Shown in pieces: positions 1 to 9,226 of a DNA stretch of 64,000 nucleotides (positions are counted from its first letter, which is position 1; each line of letters opens with the position of its first letter). Source of the stretch: Candidatus Cloacimonadota bacterium (GTDB lineage: Bacteria; Muiribacteriota; UBA6191); the NCBI GenBank assembly GCA_019454875.1, contig JACFNL010000001.1, positions 7,511 through 71,510 on the forward strand, in the 5' to 3' direction. Under the pieces are notes generated by a model. It was given only the letters and a program-made list of their open reading frames with translations. It did not search any database and had not been told where the DNA came from. The position numbers were made by a program, and so were the translations under genes.

Positions 1-1249
1 GGGGGAATGCTCCAGCCAGACGATCATCAAGTGTAGAAATCAGGCTGAAGGACTTGGATTGAAAGTTGTCAAAATCCGTCTGGGATATAGGAAATGGAAC
101 CTTAAAACTATTGTTGGACCCAAGTCGCGCTACATCAACTGGCAAGGCACTTAGGGCTATTTTTCCGGATGTTACAATCTGGGCCAGCTTGGAATCAGAT
201 ATATTGGCCCCTACCAAAAACTTGTCACCCATAATCGTGCCATCCTGGATGCGGGCTGAATCAATCAGATTTAAAGGCAGGGATTTTACTTCGCGGTTAT
301 TAAATACATGGGTGTGTAGCTCATCGGCTAATCCACCACTTAACATCGTTGTCAGTGAGGATAAAAGGCTTGAGGCTCCTTCATTTAAATGCTGTTCCAG
401 GGTGTGACTCTGCCCAATAATCTGGTTTAGGTTCACACCAGTAACTACAGAGCCCAACTGCAAGGACATTAGACCCGTAACATTAAGATTCTGAAACACA
501 TTGCTGGCGTTATTTGTATTTACCATAGAACCACTGACTAAAAGGGATCGACCAATAGAAAGCTCTCCAGAGGGAGTCGTCGGAGTGGTCATATCCCCAA
601 GATTGTCCATAAAAAGCATTAGCTGAGTGCCATTTCTTATCTGAAATCCCTGGCGGGTAAAAATACCTGAACTTGCCACCATTCCACCGATGCTTCTTAA
701 CTCCCCATCCTCATTGACCCGAAAAATTGTATCGTTTGCAGTTCTAATACTATTTTTGATAATAAACTGATCAATATTTGATCTTGTTTCACGAGAACCA
801 TCAATCGTAAAACTCTGGATATTCATTCGGTCATGAGAGTGGGCTGTAATATAGGCCGATGGAGGTCTGCTACCCAGGCTTAAAGCATTGTCTGCCGTGA
901 ATGCATAGGGCTTACTGGCTAAAATCTGATCCCCTAACAATCCACCCACTGCCCTGGGGCCTACTGAAATCTGCAAGGTATAGGGTGTATCAAACAAAAG
1001 CTGTGGGCCTACACCAGTGCTTAAATCTAAAGGAAAGGAAAACTGTCCGTTTTCGACGGTTACATCATTGATGGTCTGGGTAAAGGTCGGAATAGTCTGG
1101 GAGGACTGGGAAACCGGAACAATTTTCACTAAAAAGTTGCGCTTCTCTGTACCGGTGAGACCAGACATCCCATCCGTAGAAAGCATACGGCCATGAACCT
1201 CGATAACTCGCGGTACTTCGGCAAAGAGGCTTGTGAAACCTGTCAGCAT
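1..1249 (-). CDS. Partial (5' part; continues past the window start) large secreted fibre-like repeat protein, paralog of the 1286..3937 gene
   Basis: Absent from the ORF track because no stop lies inside the window. A reverse-strand ATG at 1249..1247 (MLTGFTSLFAEVPRVIEVHG...) stays open down to position 1. The translation aligns with the N-terminal half of the downstream paralog: shared '...VPYAFTA(D/K)NAL', 'SFTIDGS' and an 'HTH' tripeptide (ADELHTHVFNN vs AGQHTHAVKDN). The plus-strand ORFs 66..407 and 1193..1723 are antisense to it. Confidence 0.6.
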   Translation of the reverse strand, partial: MLTGFTSLFAEVPRVIEVHGRMLSTDGMSGLTGTEKRNFLVKIVPVSQSSQTIPTFTQTINDVTVENGQFSFPLDLSTGVGPQLLFDTPYTLQISVGPRAVGGLLGDQILASKPYAFTADNALSLGSRPPSAYITAHSHDRMNIQSFTIDGSRETRSNIDQFIIKNSIRTANDTIFRVNEDGELRSIGGMVASSGIFTRQGFQIRNGTQLMLFMDNLGDMTTPTTPSGELSIGRSLLVSGSMVNTNNASNVFQNLNVTGLMSLQLGSVVTGVNLNQIIGQSHTLEQHLNEGASSLLSSLTTMLSGGLADELHTHVFNNREVKSLPLNLIDSARIQDGTIMGDKFLVGANISDSKLAQIVTSGKIALSALPVDVARLGSNNSFKVPFPISQTDFDNFQSKSFSLISTLDDRLAGAFP

Positions 1250-1285
1250 TGTTATGATATAAAATATCCTGAACATGGTTTTATC

Positions 1286-3937
1286 CTATGGCTGAAAGCA
1301 ACACACAAAACGGGTTGTGTCCACGGTATCAACATCACGGGTACTATAATTAAAATCTGTATTGGTACAGGGAAGAACGGTAGGGCTGACTACTATAGAA
1401 TGGACATCACCAGCCCCGTTGATATCCACCATGTCACGGGTCATGTACGCAGTTTGAATCAAAAAATTTGCTCGACAGATTCTGACAACCTGCTGGGCCG
1501 AGCAAATCTGGGCACCTTCATTGTTACATACCTGCAAGGCACTGTAATAATTAGCTGCCGGACTAGGAACTACTTCTCTGGCACAAAATCCCCCGCCCTG
1601 AGCCTCTTCATCTGCAGAAGCAACCAGTCTGTAACCGGTATCTGCAATGGAGGGACAATCGGCAGAAGCCACAGGAGTCTGTTTGGGAACACCAAACAAA
1701 ACGGACATATCATAGGCGTTTAAGGTCAGAACCGTGGTGTAGGCACTGGATTTTACACTGAGCCTTCCATCAAGGTGCATGGCTAGATACTCTTCATTGA
1801 CCCCGGACTGGGAATTGTCAACTTTCATGGCAATGGAGTTTCCGATAGTTCCGGGAAGATTTGGAATGGCATTGGGTGACATCTGAATTGCAGTCTGGTT
1901 GGTATTCTGATGATCAATGGTAACCACGGCTGTGGTTGGATTGTTCACCCGGATATTAATCGGCTCTGCCCTGACTGCAATCACATTGTCCCTTAAATGA
2001 TGATTAAGGATTGAGGCTGTAGTGAGCTTCGAGCCTGTCAGGGTAGAAACTGCGATGTATTCTTCTGTAAGGGTTAAAGAGACAATATGCTCAGGCCCAA
2101 TCGAATTTGTGGCAATGTTTTCTGCTCTTAAGGACTCACCCTGAATCTTGGTACCTGTGATTACCGCATCCTGAAAGCGGATATTGGTAAGTTTTCCTTC
2201 TTCCGGATCCGATTCCTGGTTTCCATAAATTTTTTCGATGGTTATTGCTCCATTGGCAATTTTTTCATTGGTGATGGCACCGACGGCAATCTTGTCCGCA
2301 GTAACTGCCCCTGTAGCTAATTTGCTTGAACCAATAGAAGCATTCTGCAGTTTAACATTGGTCACTGCCCCATCCTGAAGCTTAGCTCCCTGAATGGAGT
2401 TGTCAATCAATTGTGCGTTGCTGATTGCTCCTGTCTGTATATTGGCCCCGGTTATCATGGCTGTGTCCCCAAGGAAACGAAACTTGTTAAACTCCATACG
2501 GGCCCTGTTTCCTTGCGGTTTAATCAAAAGTCTGATTTCCTCAGAGCCCAACCCAAAGGCCCGGCGAAATGAAAGACCACCATCGTTTTCCAGTACCCAG
2601 CGAAACTCGGAAGCAAAGGATCTGGCCTCAAACAATACATTCCCCGTAATTCCATTGGTGGCAATGACTGTCATGCGTTTGGAGCGCAATTCATCAAAAT
2701 CATTTCTGGTATTGATCAAACCTGCCTGATTGCCTGAAAAACCTGCACCAAATACATTGTTCTGATTTTTAAAGGCCAGCTGGTCTGGTAATGCCGATTC
2801 CGCAATTTTACCCACGGAGGTGATATTTGCCAGGGCTGTATCTGGGATATTGGCATTGTCTGCTATGTCCTCATTGCGGATAGAACCATCTACAATGGTC
2901 TGACTGGTTACGATGTTTGATTCCAAGGAGTCGGCACCAAACATATTATCCTTGACCGCATGGGTATGCTGACCTGCTGTGACCACCTGGCCACTTGTTA
3001 AAGACAAAAGCCCCTGCATCAGAGGAGAGTTTGGATGATCTTCCAGACGATGAGTTAATCCAATCAGATTTGGTGTACCTTCTCCCCCTGGCCTGGCAAC
3101 CAGAGAAGAAACCCCAGTAAAACTCAACTGACCATCTACCCTAACACTTTCCAGCCTTGAAGTACCGGTAACATTCATACTCACAGCCGATGAAGCCCCT
3201 CTATACTGCAAATTTCTAAGACTCAAATCCCCATTGGAACTGACATTACTGACCAAAGAACGACCGTTGGAATCAAAGACAGCCAATCCGGACTCAGAAA
3301 TGATGTTTCCAGAGAGTGACATCAGTCCTACCTTGGTGATACTGCCTTCAAAATCCACAGTAAATATGGGAGCTCCAGGCAAACCGGGCTGGGAACCATT
3401 GATCACGGTAAAACGGTTACCCCCAATCGGAGTTCCCTGGCTGCTTCCATCAATAGTAAAACTCTTCACCGCAGAGTCATGCCCATGGCCAACCCTGGAA
3501 TAGGCCGAGGCCAGAAGACCCCCAAGTTTCAAGGCATTTTTTGCCGTAAAAGCATAGGGAACGGATACTAAAGGCACTGCACCAAGATTACCGCCTCCTG
3601 CCGTCAAAACCACTAACTCCAGAGCATACTGTTTATCAAAAGGCAGTGTCTCTGGCACAGGAATTTCAAGATCATATACCCCATCCTCCACAACCACATT
3701 GTTAAGAGTATGGGAAAACACAGTCTGGTCCAGAAGACCACCAGGAAGATAGGGACGAAAATTAACCGTAATCTGTTTTACGGTTTTTCCGTAAATCGGG
3801 CGGGATAAATCTGTTGGGGAAGCTGGCAGAGTCATGAATCTACCCTGAACCTGCAAGAACTGTGGAACACTTGCCCATAATCTGTACTGCAAACAGAACA
3901 GAAGCAATAGCCCAACAAATCCCCGACAAAAATTCAT
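1286..3937 (-). CDS. Large secreted fibre/adhesin-like repeat protein, about 883 aa, with a tail-fibre-like repeat tract and a Cys-rich C-terminal domain
   Basis: The ORF-track frame runs 1286..4003. The best start is the ATG at 3937, preceded by GGAGAA, which gives the signal-peptide-like N-terminus MNFCRGFVGLLLLFCLQYRLWA. There is a tandem degenerate ~10-12-aa repeat tract (DNSIQGAKLQDGAVTNVKLQNASIGSSKLATGAVTADKIAVGAITNEKIANGAITIEKI...). The C-terminal ~110 aa are Cys-rich (...VCNNEGAQICS...RICRAN...PCTNT...FVCCFQP). Confidence 0.75.
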   Translation of the reverse strand: MNFCRGFVGLLLLFCLQYRLWASVPQFLQVQGRFMTLPASPTDLSRPIYGKTVKQITVNFRPYLPGGLLDQTVFSHTLNNVVVEDGVYDLEIPVPETLPFDKQYALELVVLTAGGGNLGAVPLVSVPYAFTAKNALKLGGLLASAYSRVGHGHDSAVKSFTIDGSSQGTPIGGNRFTVINGSQPGLPGAPIFTVDFEGSITKVGLMSLSGNIISESGLAVFDSNGRSLVSNVSSNGDLSLRNLQYRGASSAVSMNVTGTSRLESVRVDGQLSFTGVSSLVARPGGEGTPNLIGLTHRLEDHPNSPLMQGLLSLTSGQVVTAGQHTHAVKDNMFGADSLESNIVTSQTIVDGSIRNEDIADNANIPDTALANITSVGKIAESALPDQLAFKNQNNVFGAGFSGNQAGLINTRNDFDELRSKRMTVIATNGITGNVLFEARSFASEFRWVLENDGGLSFRRAFGLGSEEIRLLIKPQGNRARMEFNKFRFLGDTAMITGANIQTGAISNAQLIDNSIQGAKLQDGAVTNVKLQNASIGSSKLATGAVTADKIAVGAITNEKIANGAITIEKIYGNQESDPEEGKLTNIRFQDAVITGTKIQGESLRAENIATNSIGPEHIVSLTLTEEYIAVSTLTGSKLTTASILNHHLRDNVIAVRAEPINIRVNNPTTAVVTIDHQNTNQTAIQMSPNAIPNLPGTIGNSIAMKVDNSQSGVNEEYLAMHLDGRLSVKSSAYTTVLTLNAYDMSVLFGVPKQTPVASADCPSIADTGYRLVASADEEAQGGGFCAREVVPSPAANYYSALQVCNNEGAQICSAQQVVRICRANFLIQTAYMTRDMVDINGAGDVHSIVVSPTVLPCTNTDFNYSTRDVDTVDTTRFVCCFQP

Positions 3938-3986
3938 GAAATTCTCCCCATTTTGGCCATATTTTTTGTCATTATACTGAAACCCC

Positions 3987-5492
3987 TCAGTTCGGGCAAT
4001 CAACTCCAGGTGTATTGCAGGGTTTACAGTTACCAGAAGCTGTCAAAACCATACTTGCACCCTGACTTGTAAAGCATGCAAAATCGGCTCCAGCCCCAGG
4101 AGAAAAGGTACCTGTCTGTAATAACACCCTCTTACCAAGATTATTGCAAACCACAGAATCTTTTAGTGCCGAGGACCCATCCGTATCACAAAACAAAACT
4201 CTTCCAGTAGTCAAAGCACTGGTTGCCGAACTGTCAAAACGGGCCACTACCTGACCACCTACTGAAAAATCAGTTAATACAACGGTTGTAGTCTTAGCCG
4301 TCAGCTCCTCAGCGGCAGCATTCACAATTGCTCTGAATTCAAATTGCAAATTGGGATTTGTCGGGACCCTTCCATCACCTAAGGTAATGTATGCCCTCTC
4401 CCGATCCCTTAGGGGATTTGTATTCACAATTGACTCCGTGGGACTGGGGCGATAGGCAATCACTGCGGTTTGAGATGGTAAAACATCCGCGGACACTCCG
4501 ATTTGTGCCCCCGTGAAAAACTTATAGGGTGACCCTGGATAATCCACACTGGACACAGGCGGATTCTGATTAAAATTTATAACAATCTGCTGCTGCCTTT
4601 CCGTTTCCCTGTTTCCCCGTAAATCTACGGAATAAAACTGAAACAGATAAACCCCTTCCTGATTCAGAGGCACTGTGGCCGTAGAAATGGATTGCACAAA
4701 AGTACTGGTCACAGCCGAAAGAGTCGAGTCTGGCTTATCCTTTTCCGAAACCTTATAAAACAGAGTGGCGTTTGCCTCATTGTTGGAAAGCACTACATTA
4801 ATAGGGCTTCGGTGTGGGCCGGCAATAGTATCTGCTCCAGTTGAAAAGATCACGGTTACCGGGGCAATGTTATCCACTAACTCAAAGGAAATGGGCACTA
4901 CATTGCTGCCCGTAACAGGCTGTCCCTTACCAACTAGTTCCGTACTTTCTGCCGGAGAAAGATTCACGGAAATTTCTGGAGTGGACAAAAGCGGGACACA
5001 GGAACTGTTTGCTGGATCGCAGGCACTGGAATAAGCATGAATCTGCACCAGCCTGCCAGCACCTGCTGGTACACGAAGCACAGCAAACTGCTGGGTGACG
5101 GGATAAACACCTTCTGCTAGTTTAACCCGGGCTGAATCTGTGACCACAACCCTGAATCTGGCAATCTGATTTTTGACGGACTGGGACAGGGAATAAAACT
5201 TCAGATACTCCTTTTGTCTGGTCAATTCACTCAAATTTTCAGCGGAGTCATATAAAAATGTTCCTCTTTGTCGGTATCCATCCATCTGAAGCAAATCAAA
5301 ATCCGATACTGCCGAAAGCGACAGGCTGGCCACAGAAGGAAAGACAATGCGTAAATTGGACTCCTGAATCGATGTATCGGACAGGCCGGAACCCAGGCCA
5401 GAACCCTTGGAATCACCACCTCCACCGCCGCCACCGCAGCCTGACAAGAGAAGCACCATAAATAGTATCAAGAGTAAGGTTTTGTATCCCAT
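3987..5492 (-). CDS. Lipoprotein with a poly-Gly linker and Ig/fn3-like β domains, about 501 aa
   Basis: The start is set at the internal ATG at 5492, giving MGYKTLLLILFMVLLLSGC followed by GGGGGGGDSKGSGLGSGL (lipobox LSGC). The ORF-track start at 5708 would overlap the upstream gene by 160 nt. The motif 'YLFQFYSVDLRGNRE' is typical of bacterial Ig-like/fn3-like domains. The C-terminus is Cys-rich with a 'VCNN' motif shared with the 1286..3937 protein. Confidence 0.65.
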   Translation of the reverse strand: MGYKTLLLILFMVLLLSGCGGGGGGGDSKGSGLGSGLSDTSIQESNLRIVFPSVASLSLSAVSDFDLLQMDGYRQRGTFLYDSAENLSELTRQKEYLKFYSLSQSVKNQIARFRVVVTDSARVKLAEGVYPVTQQFAVLRVPAGAGRLVQIHAYSSACDPANSSCVPLLSTPEISVNLSPAESTELVGKGQPVTGSNVVPISFELVDNIAPVTVIFSTGADTIAGPHRSPINVVLSNNEANATLFYKVSEKDKPDSTLSAVTSTFVQSISTATVPLNQEGVYLFQFYSVDLRGNRETERQQQIVINFNQNPPVSSVDYPGSPYKFFTGAQIGVSADVLPSQTAVIAYRPSPTESIVNTNPLRDRERAYITLGDGRVPTNPNLQFEFRAIVNAAAEELTAKTTTVVLTDFSVGGQVVARFDSSATSALTTGRVLFCDTDGSSALKDSVVCNNLGKRVLLQTGTFSPGAGADFACFTSQGASMVLTASGNCKPCNTPGVDCPN

Positions 5493-5547
5493 GGATCTGT
5501 TATCGTGAAAATAGGCAGGAGTACTGAGTTCTGGAGGCAAAATTGTT

Positions 5548-6906
5548 TTACCAGCTCGGTAAGGGCCAGAATCCAATCTGAGTTTCATCAGCGTCCGAAA
5601 TTGTAAGCCTTTCTCTTTTGAGGCTCGACAAATGAACACGATAAATTTCAAAATTGTTATCATAATTGCTGGTGAGGTAAATCCATTGATTCTCTGGATC
5701 AAGAACAAGATTGCGGTTTAAAAAGTTGTGTTTCCAAAGAACTCTTGTGTGTTTATTCTGAATGTCAAACTCACAAAGAACTGTATCCCACCCCTCCTTC
5801 AGAGAAACCCTGCTTGCTGAGTAGTAAAATCGTTCTGAATCAGAACTGAAAACACCAAAAATCTCATCTACAGGCTCCACCAGTACCGGGATTCTCTCCT
5901 GTTTTGTAGGATCTGCGAGAAGGAAGTTACTTCTGATGTTAGAATCCACGCGCTGCAAGGCCAGAAAATCCCCTTTAGGAGACAAAATAAATTCAGGGTA
6001 ACTATCAAAACCCTGAATAAAAGGGACTGGCTCTGCCCCATCGGATTGACGAAAAATCCGGAAGGGCTCACCACGCATCTTTCTGGCACTAAACCAGAGT
6101 GTGCCCCGATCTATTTCAAATCTTTGCACCGAGTCAAATCCTTCCAGAACCTTTTGTGCGTCTTCAAATCCTTCCTTTTTCAAATCAAAGGGAATATGAA
6201 ACAATTGTGAATTTTCCCCATCACGACGCAAAAACCAGATTTTACCATTTACATACCTTGGGTGATATTCATCTTCCCGGATTCGGGATAGAGCCTGAAA
6301 CAGTCCTGAATTTTGATCATAATAAAACAGATCCCGATCCACCCCCCCATCTGGATGTTCCCTGTCTTTGGCAAGTTCAGATAAAAAACCAAATCCCTTC
6401 TGAGGTACGGTAATAGCTCCAAAAACCACCTCTGAGAATTGCCGTAAATCCCTGCCATCCGTAAGCATGGTGTAAACCTGATTGTTTCTAAGCAGATAAA
6501 GTCGTCGCACCACTGTATCCTCAGGCTCTTTGACTGCCTCAGTACTAATTCCAATGGTTATGGAAGGAGTATCTGGTAAAACCTCAGTTTGGGTCTGGGC
6601 CTTTATCTTGATAAGAACCCGTTTTAAACCATCTTTAGCGTATTGGTTGGATGGATCATATTCCAGGGCCTGACTGTAATAACGGCTGGCAATTTCTGGA
6701 TATCCAAGCTCTTCAAAACAATAGGCCGCTCGGTTAGCCACTGCCGATGCCTGGGGCCTGAGCTTCAGGTATTCCCGATAGGCAGCCACTGCATGCACCA
6801 GACGATTGGCATTCTGATGCTCAACCCCTTCCCGAAACAGAGCATTTAAATCCCTTGAGTAGGAGCAGGAAATAAGAATCAGGCACAAACCATATCTACT
6901 GAGCAT
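5548..6906 (-). CDS. TPR-repeat lipoprotein with a C-terminal β-rich (propeller-like) domain
   Basis: N-terminus MLSRYGLCLILISCSY (lipobox-like). TPR-like helical repeats occupy the first ~100 aa (AYREYLKLRP..., YYSQALEYDPSNQYA). The remainder is a long β-rich region rich in aromatic residues. Confidence 0.65.
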   Translation of the reverse strand: MLSRYGLCLILISCSYSRDLNALFREGVEHQNANRLVHAVAAYREYLKLRPQASAVANRAAYCFEELGYPEIASRYYSQALEYDPSNQYAKDGLKRVLIKIKAQTQTEVLPDTPSITIGISTEAVKEPEDTVVRRLYLLRNNQVYTMLTDGRDLRQFSEVVFGAITVPQKGFGFLSELAKDREHPDGGVDRDLFYYDQNSGLFQALSRIREDEYHPRYVNGKIWFLRRDGENSQLFHIPFDLKKEGFEDAQKVLEGFDSVQRFEIDRGTLWFSARKMRGEPFRIFRQSDGAEPVPFIQGFDSYPEFILSPKGDFLALQRVDSNIRSNFLLADPTKQERIPVLVEPVDEIFGVFSSDSERFYYSASRVSLKEGWDTVLCEFDIQNKHTRVLWKHNFLNRNLVLDPENQWIYLTSNYDNNFEIYRVHLSSLKRERLTISDADETQIGFWPLPSW

Positions 6907-8260
6907 ACTTCTGTAAAACCTTATTCATTTTCTGATTGGCCTCAGCCAGAAGCTCTTTGGCGATTTTTCGGGCCTTGATGAGATCGGGCTCTTTTTCGGC
7001 TGCTGCAACAATTCGTTCCATGTGCTCCCGAAGAATAATACGGCAGCGGTACCAGGCACTGGAGCGAGGTTCCATATCTCCATAAGGAAGCTGCACAATC
7101 GCAGCATCGGCACCTTTGACATTTTTAACAAATTCTTGCATTCTATCTGTGGCCAGAGCCTGTTTACGGATTGGAACATAAAAGGTTCTTTCTGACCATT
7201 CTGCGGTGCGCTCGGCTTCCGAAAACCATTTCAAAAAGTCCCAGGCTGCCTTTGTTCTTTCCGGGGTCAGACCGCTAAAAATACAGACATTGGTGCCTGA
7301 CATGACGGAAACCTTGCGCTTTTCCTCAAGAGGTACAGGGGCCACAGTAAAGGGAAAATTAAGTTTTGGCTCCATAAACCGTCTTGAGACAACAGAGGTA
7401 ATTATGAAGGCCACCTTTCTGGCCCCAAAGTCATTTTGGAAGTTATAACCTTCGGAGCGGTAACCCCAGCCTTCTACAATGGCCCTGATCCAAAAATCCA
7501 TGGCATCCAAGGCTTCCTGGCTGTCATAATAAACTTCTTTTTCATCTTCGGAGATGTTTTTACCGCCTAATTGCAGATACGCTATCTGGTAAACCCAAGG
7601 ATCAATCGGAAACGCAAAACCATATACTCGGTTGGAGTTATTATCATTGTCTTCAGGGGTTCTTAGGCGCATTTGAGATGTGGCTTTATCTACAACTACC
7701 TTTTCATAACAATCTTTTGCCACGCGGCCCAACTCACTCCAGGTACCAGGAGATTGCTTTTCCCCCAGTAAGTCCAGGACATCCTGATTAAAATAAATCA
7801 CAGGAAAACTTTTGTTAAATGGAATGGAATAGACCTTTCCATCGTAGATGCTATTCCTTTTGAATACATCATAAAGATCCTCAAATCCATCCCATTCCTT
7901 AGTCAAGGGGGTCAAATCCAGAAGCGATTCTTCCCCCTTGTCTCGCGTCAGAAACAGGGTGACCGATTCATACATCTGGGCTAGATCAGGTGTCTTGCCT
8001 GCCATAACCGAGGCAATGATCTTCTGTTCTAAAATATCGTATCGCCCCATAAATTCAGGGTGCACAAATACCTTGTCCTGGGATTTGTTGTAATCAGCAA
8101 TCATGCTTTTTAAAACACTTCCAAGCTCTCCACCCATGGCATGCCAGAAGGTGATTTTGAGTCTGCCCTGTGCGTCATATTCATTTTGCGGCACTTTCTG
8201 ACAACCGGTTAAACCAAGAAGCAGAAGCAACAATAAGACAAATCTAACCTTTAAGACCAC
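6896..8260 (-). CDS. ABC transporter substrate-binding lipoprotein (family 1, carbohydrate type)
   Basis: The ORF frame runs to 8308. The likely start is the GTG at 8260, preceded by AAGGAGA, directly after the stop of the upstream permease. The N-terminus VVLKVRFVLLLLLLLGLTGCQK has a lipobox. The gene is last in a three-gene minus-strand ABC operon with two MalFG-type permeases. Confidence 0.7.
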   Translation of the reverse strand: MVLKVRFVLLLLLLLGLTGCQKVPQNEYDAQGRLKITFWHAMGGELGSVLKSMIADYNKSQDKVFVHPEFMGRYDILEQKIIASVMAGKTPDLAQMYESVTLFLTRDKGEESLLDLTPLTKEWDGFEDLYDVFKRNSIYDGKVYSIPFNKSFPVIYFNQDVLDLLGEKQSPGTWSELGRVAKDCYEKVVVDKATSQMRLRTPEDNDNNSNRVYGFAFPIDPWVYQIAYLQLGGKNISEDEKEVYYDSQEALDAMDFWIRAIVEGWGYRSEGYNFQNDFGARKVAFIITSVVSRRFMEPKLNFPFTVAPVPLEEKRKVSVMSGTNVCIFSGLTPERTKAAWDFLKWFSEAERTAEWSERTFYVPIRKQALATDRMQEFVKNVKGADAAIVQLPYGDMEPRSSAWYRCRIILREHMERIVAAAEKEPDLIKARKIAKELLAEANQKMNKVLQKYAQ

Positions 8261-9224
8261 TGGCTGTATCTCCTTCCACAAAAAATCTCTGGGCCATAAA
8301 ATAGGCAACTACCAGTGGTAAAATACAAAAGGAGGATGCTGCCATCAAAAGCTCCCACTCCGTCCCCTCAGACTGGGCGAAGTAGGAAAGACCCACCTGA
8401 ATGGTACGCATATGTTCTGAGTTGGTCACAATCAATGGCCAGAGCAGGGAATTCCAGCTTCCCAGAAAAGTGAAAATGGTAATAGTCACAATCGGTGGCA
8501 AAGACAATGGAATCAAAATGCGAAACAAAAAACCAAGTCGGGAACATCCGTCAATTACGGCTGCATCATAAAACTCCCTGGGAAGCTGCTGAAAAAACTG
8601 TCTTAGCATAAAAATCCCAAACACTCCGGCTAACCAGGGAACAATCATGGCCGCATAAGTATCAATCCAGCCAAGATTGGCCAAAACCAGATAGTTAGGA
8701 ATCAAAAGAATTTCCTGAGGGACCATCATGGTAGCCAAAAACAGGGTAAAAAGGGCATTTTTATAGGGAAACTCAAAATAGACAAAGGCATAGGCAGCCA
8801 GAATGGAGGTCAGAACCTGTCCCAGGGTAGTTAAAAGCGCGATTAAAAAACTGTTAAAAAAATAACGGCCAAACGATGGCTGAACCTTGTTCCATGCCTT
8901 GGGGTAATTGGAAAATAGCCAGGTTCTAGTGGCCAGATCAGATAGCTGAACCACTCGTAAAGGCTCCCGTTTGCGTAAAATTTCCACTTCAACCTGTTGT
9001 TCATCCAGGTGTCTGACAATACGCACCTGAACTTCTTCACCTGCATTTGTCTGCATGTAATATTTAGGTTGCGGCAACCAGGTATCCACTTCAAGGACTT
9101 CAGCCGGGCTTTTAAAGGAGGTCAGAAGCATCCAGAAAAATGGAAAGCACATCAAAAATGCCCCGCCCACCAGAAGTATATGAATCAGGAAACTTTTAAC
9201 ACCTCGTAACAGAGAGCGAGACAT
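8244..9224 (-). CDS. ABC transporter permease (MalG/UgpE-type)
   Basis: Six predicted TM segments. It carries the EAA-loop-like motif 'YDAAVIDGCSRLGFLFRILIPLSLP'. Confidence 0.85.
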   Translation of the reverse strand: MSRSLLRGVKSFLIHILLVGGAFLMCFPFFWMLLTSFKSPAEVLEVDTWLPQPKYYMQTNAGEEVQVRIVRHLDEQQVEVEILRKREPLRVVQLSDLATRTWLFSNYPKAWNKVQPSFGRYFFNSFLIALLTTLGQVLTSILAAYAFVYFEFPYKNALFTLFLATMMVPQEILLIPNYLVLANLGWIDTYAAMIVPWLAGVFGIFMLRQFFQQLPREFYDAAVIDGCSRLGFLFRILIPLSLPPIVTITIFTFLGSWNSLLWPLIVTNSEHMRTIQVGLSYFAQSEGTEWELLMAASSFCILPLVVAYFMAQRFFVEGDTASGLKG

Positions 9225-9226
9225 TT

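Noticed and set aside
66-1723. Plus-strand ORFs 66..407 and 1193..1723
   Set aside because: They lie antisense within the partial minus-strand fibre-like gene (1..1249) and the next gene. They have no RBS or motifs, whereas the minus-strand frame is continuous and paralogous to its neighbour. Treated as spurious.
5400-5450. Simple-sequence repeat (ggtggcggcggtggaggtgg) that could be mistaken for a microsatellite or CRISPR-like repeat
   Set aside because: It encodes the poly-Gly linker (GGGGGGG) of the lipoprotein on the minus strand. There are no spacers or repeat periodicity. A similar Gly-run at ~53850 lies in the OppB-like permease.
1-5492. Possibility that the tail-fibre-like genes mark a prophage or contractile injection system
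   Set aside because: There are no integrase, terminase, capsid, sheath, tube or baseplate genes in or next to the region. The flanking genes are a lipoprotein, a TPR protein and an ABC transporter. The proteins are better interpreted as cellular fibre adhesins.
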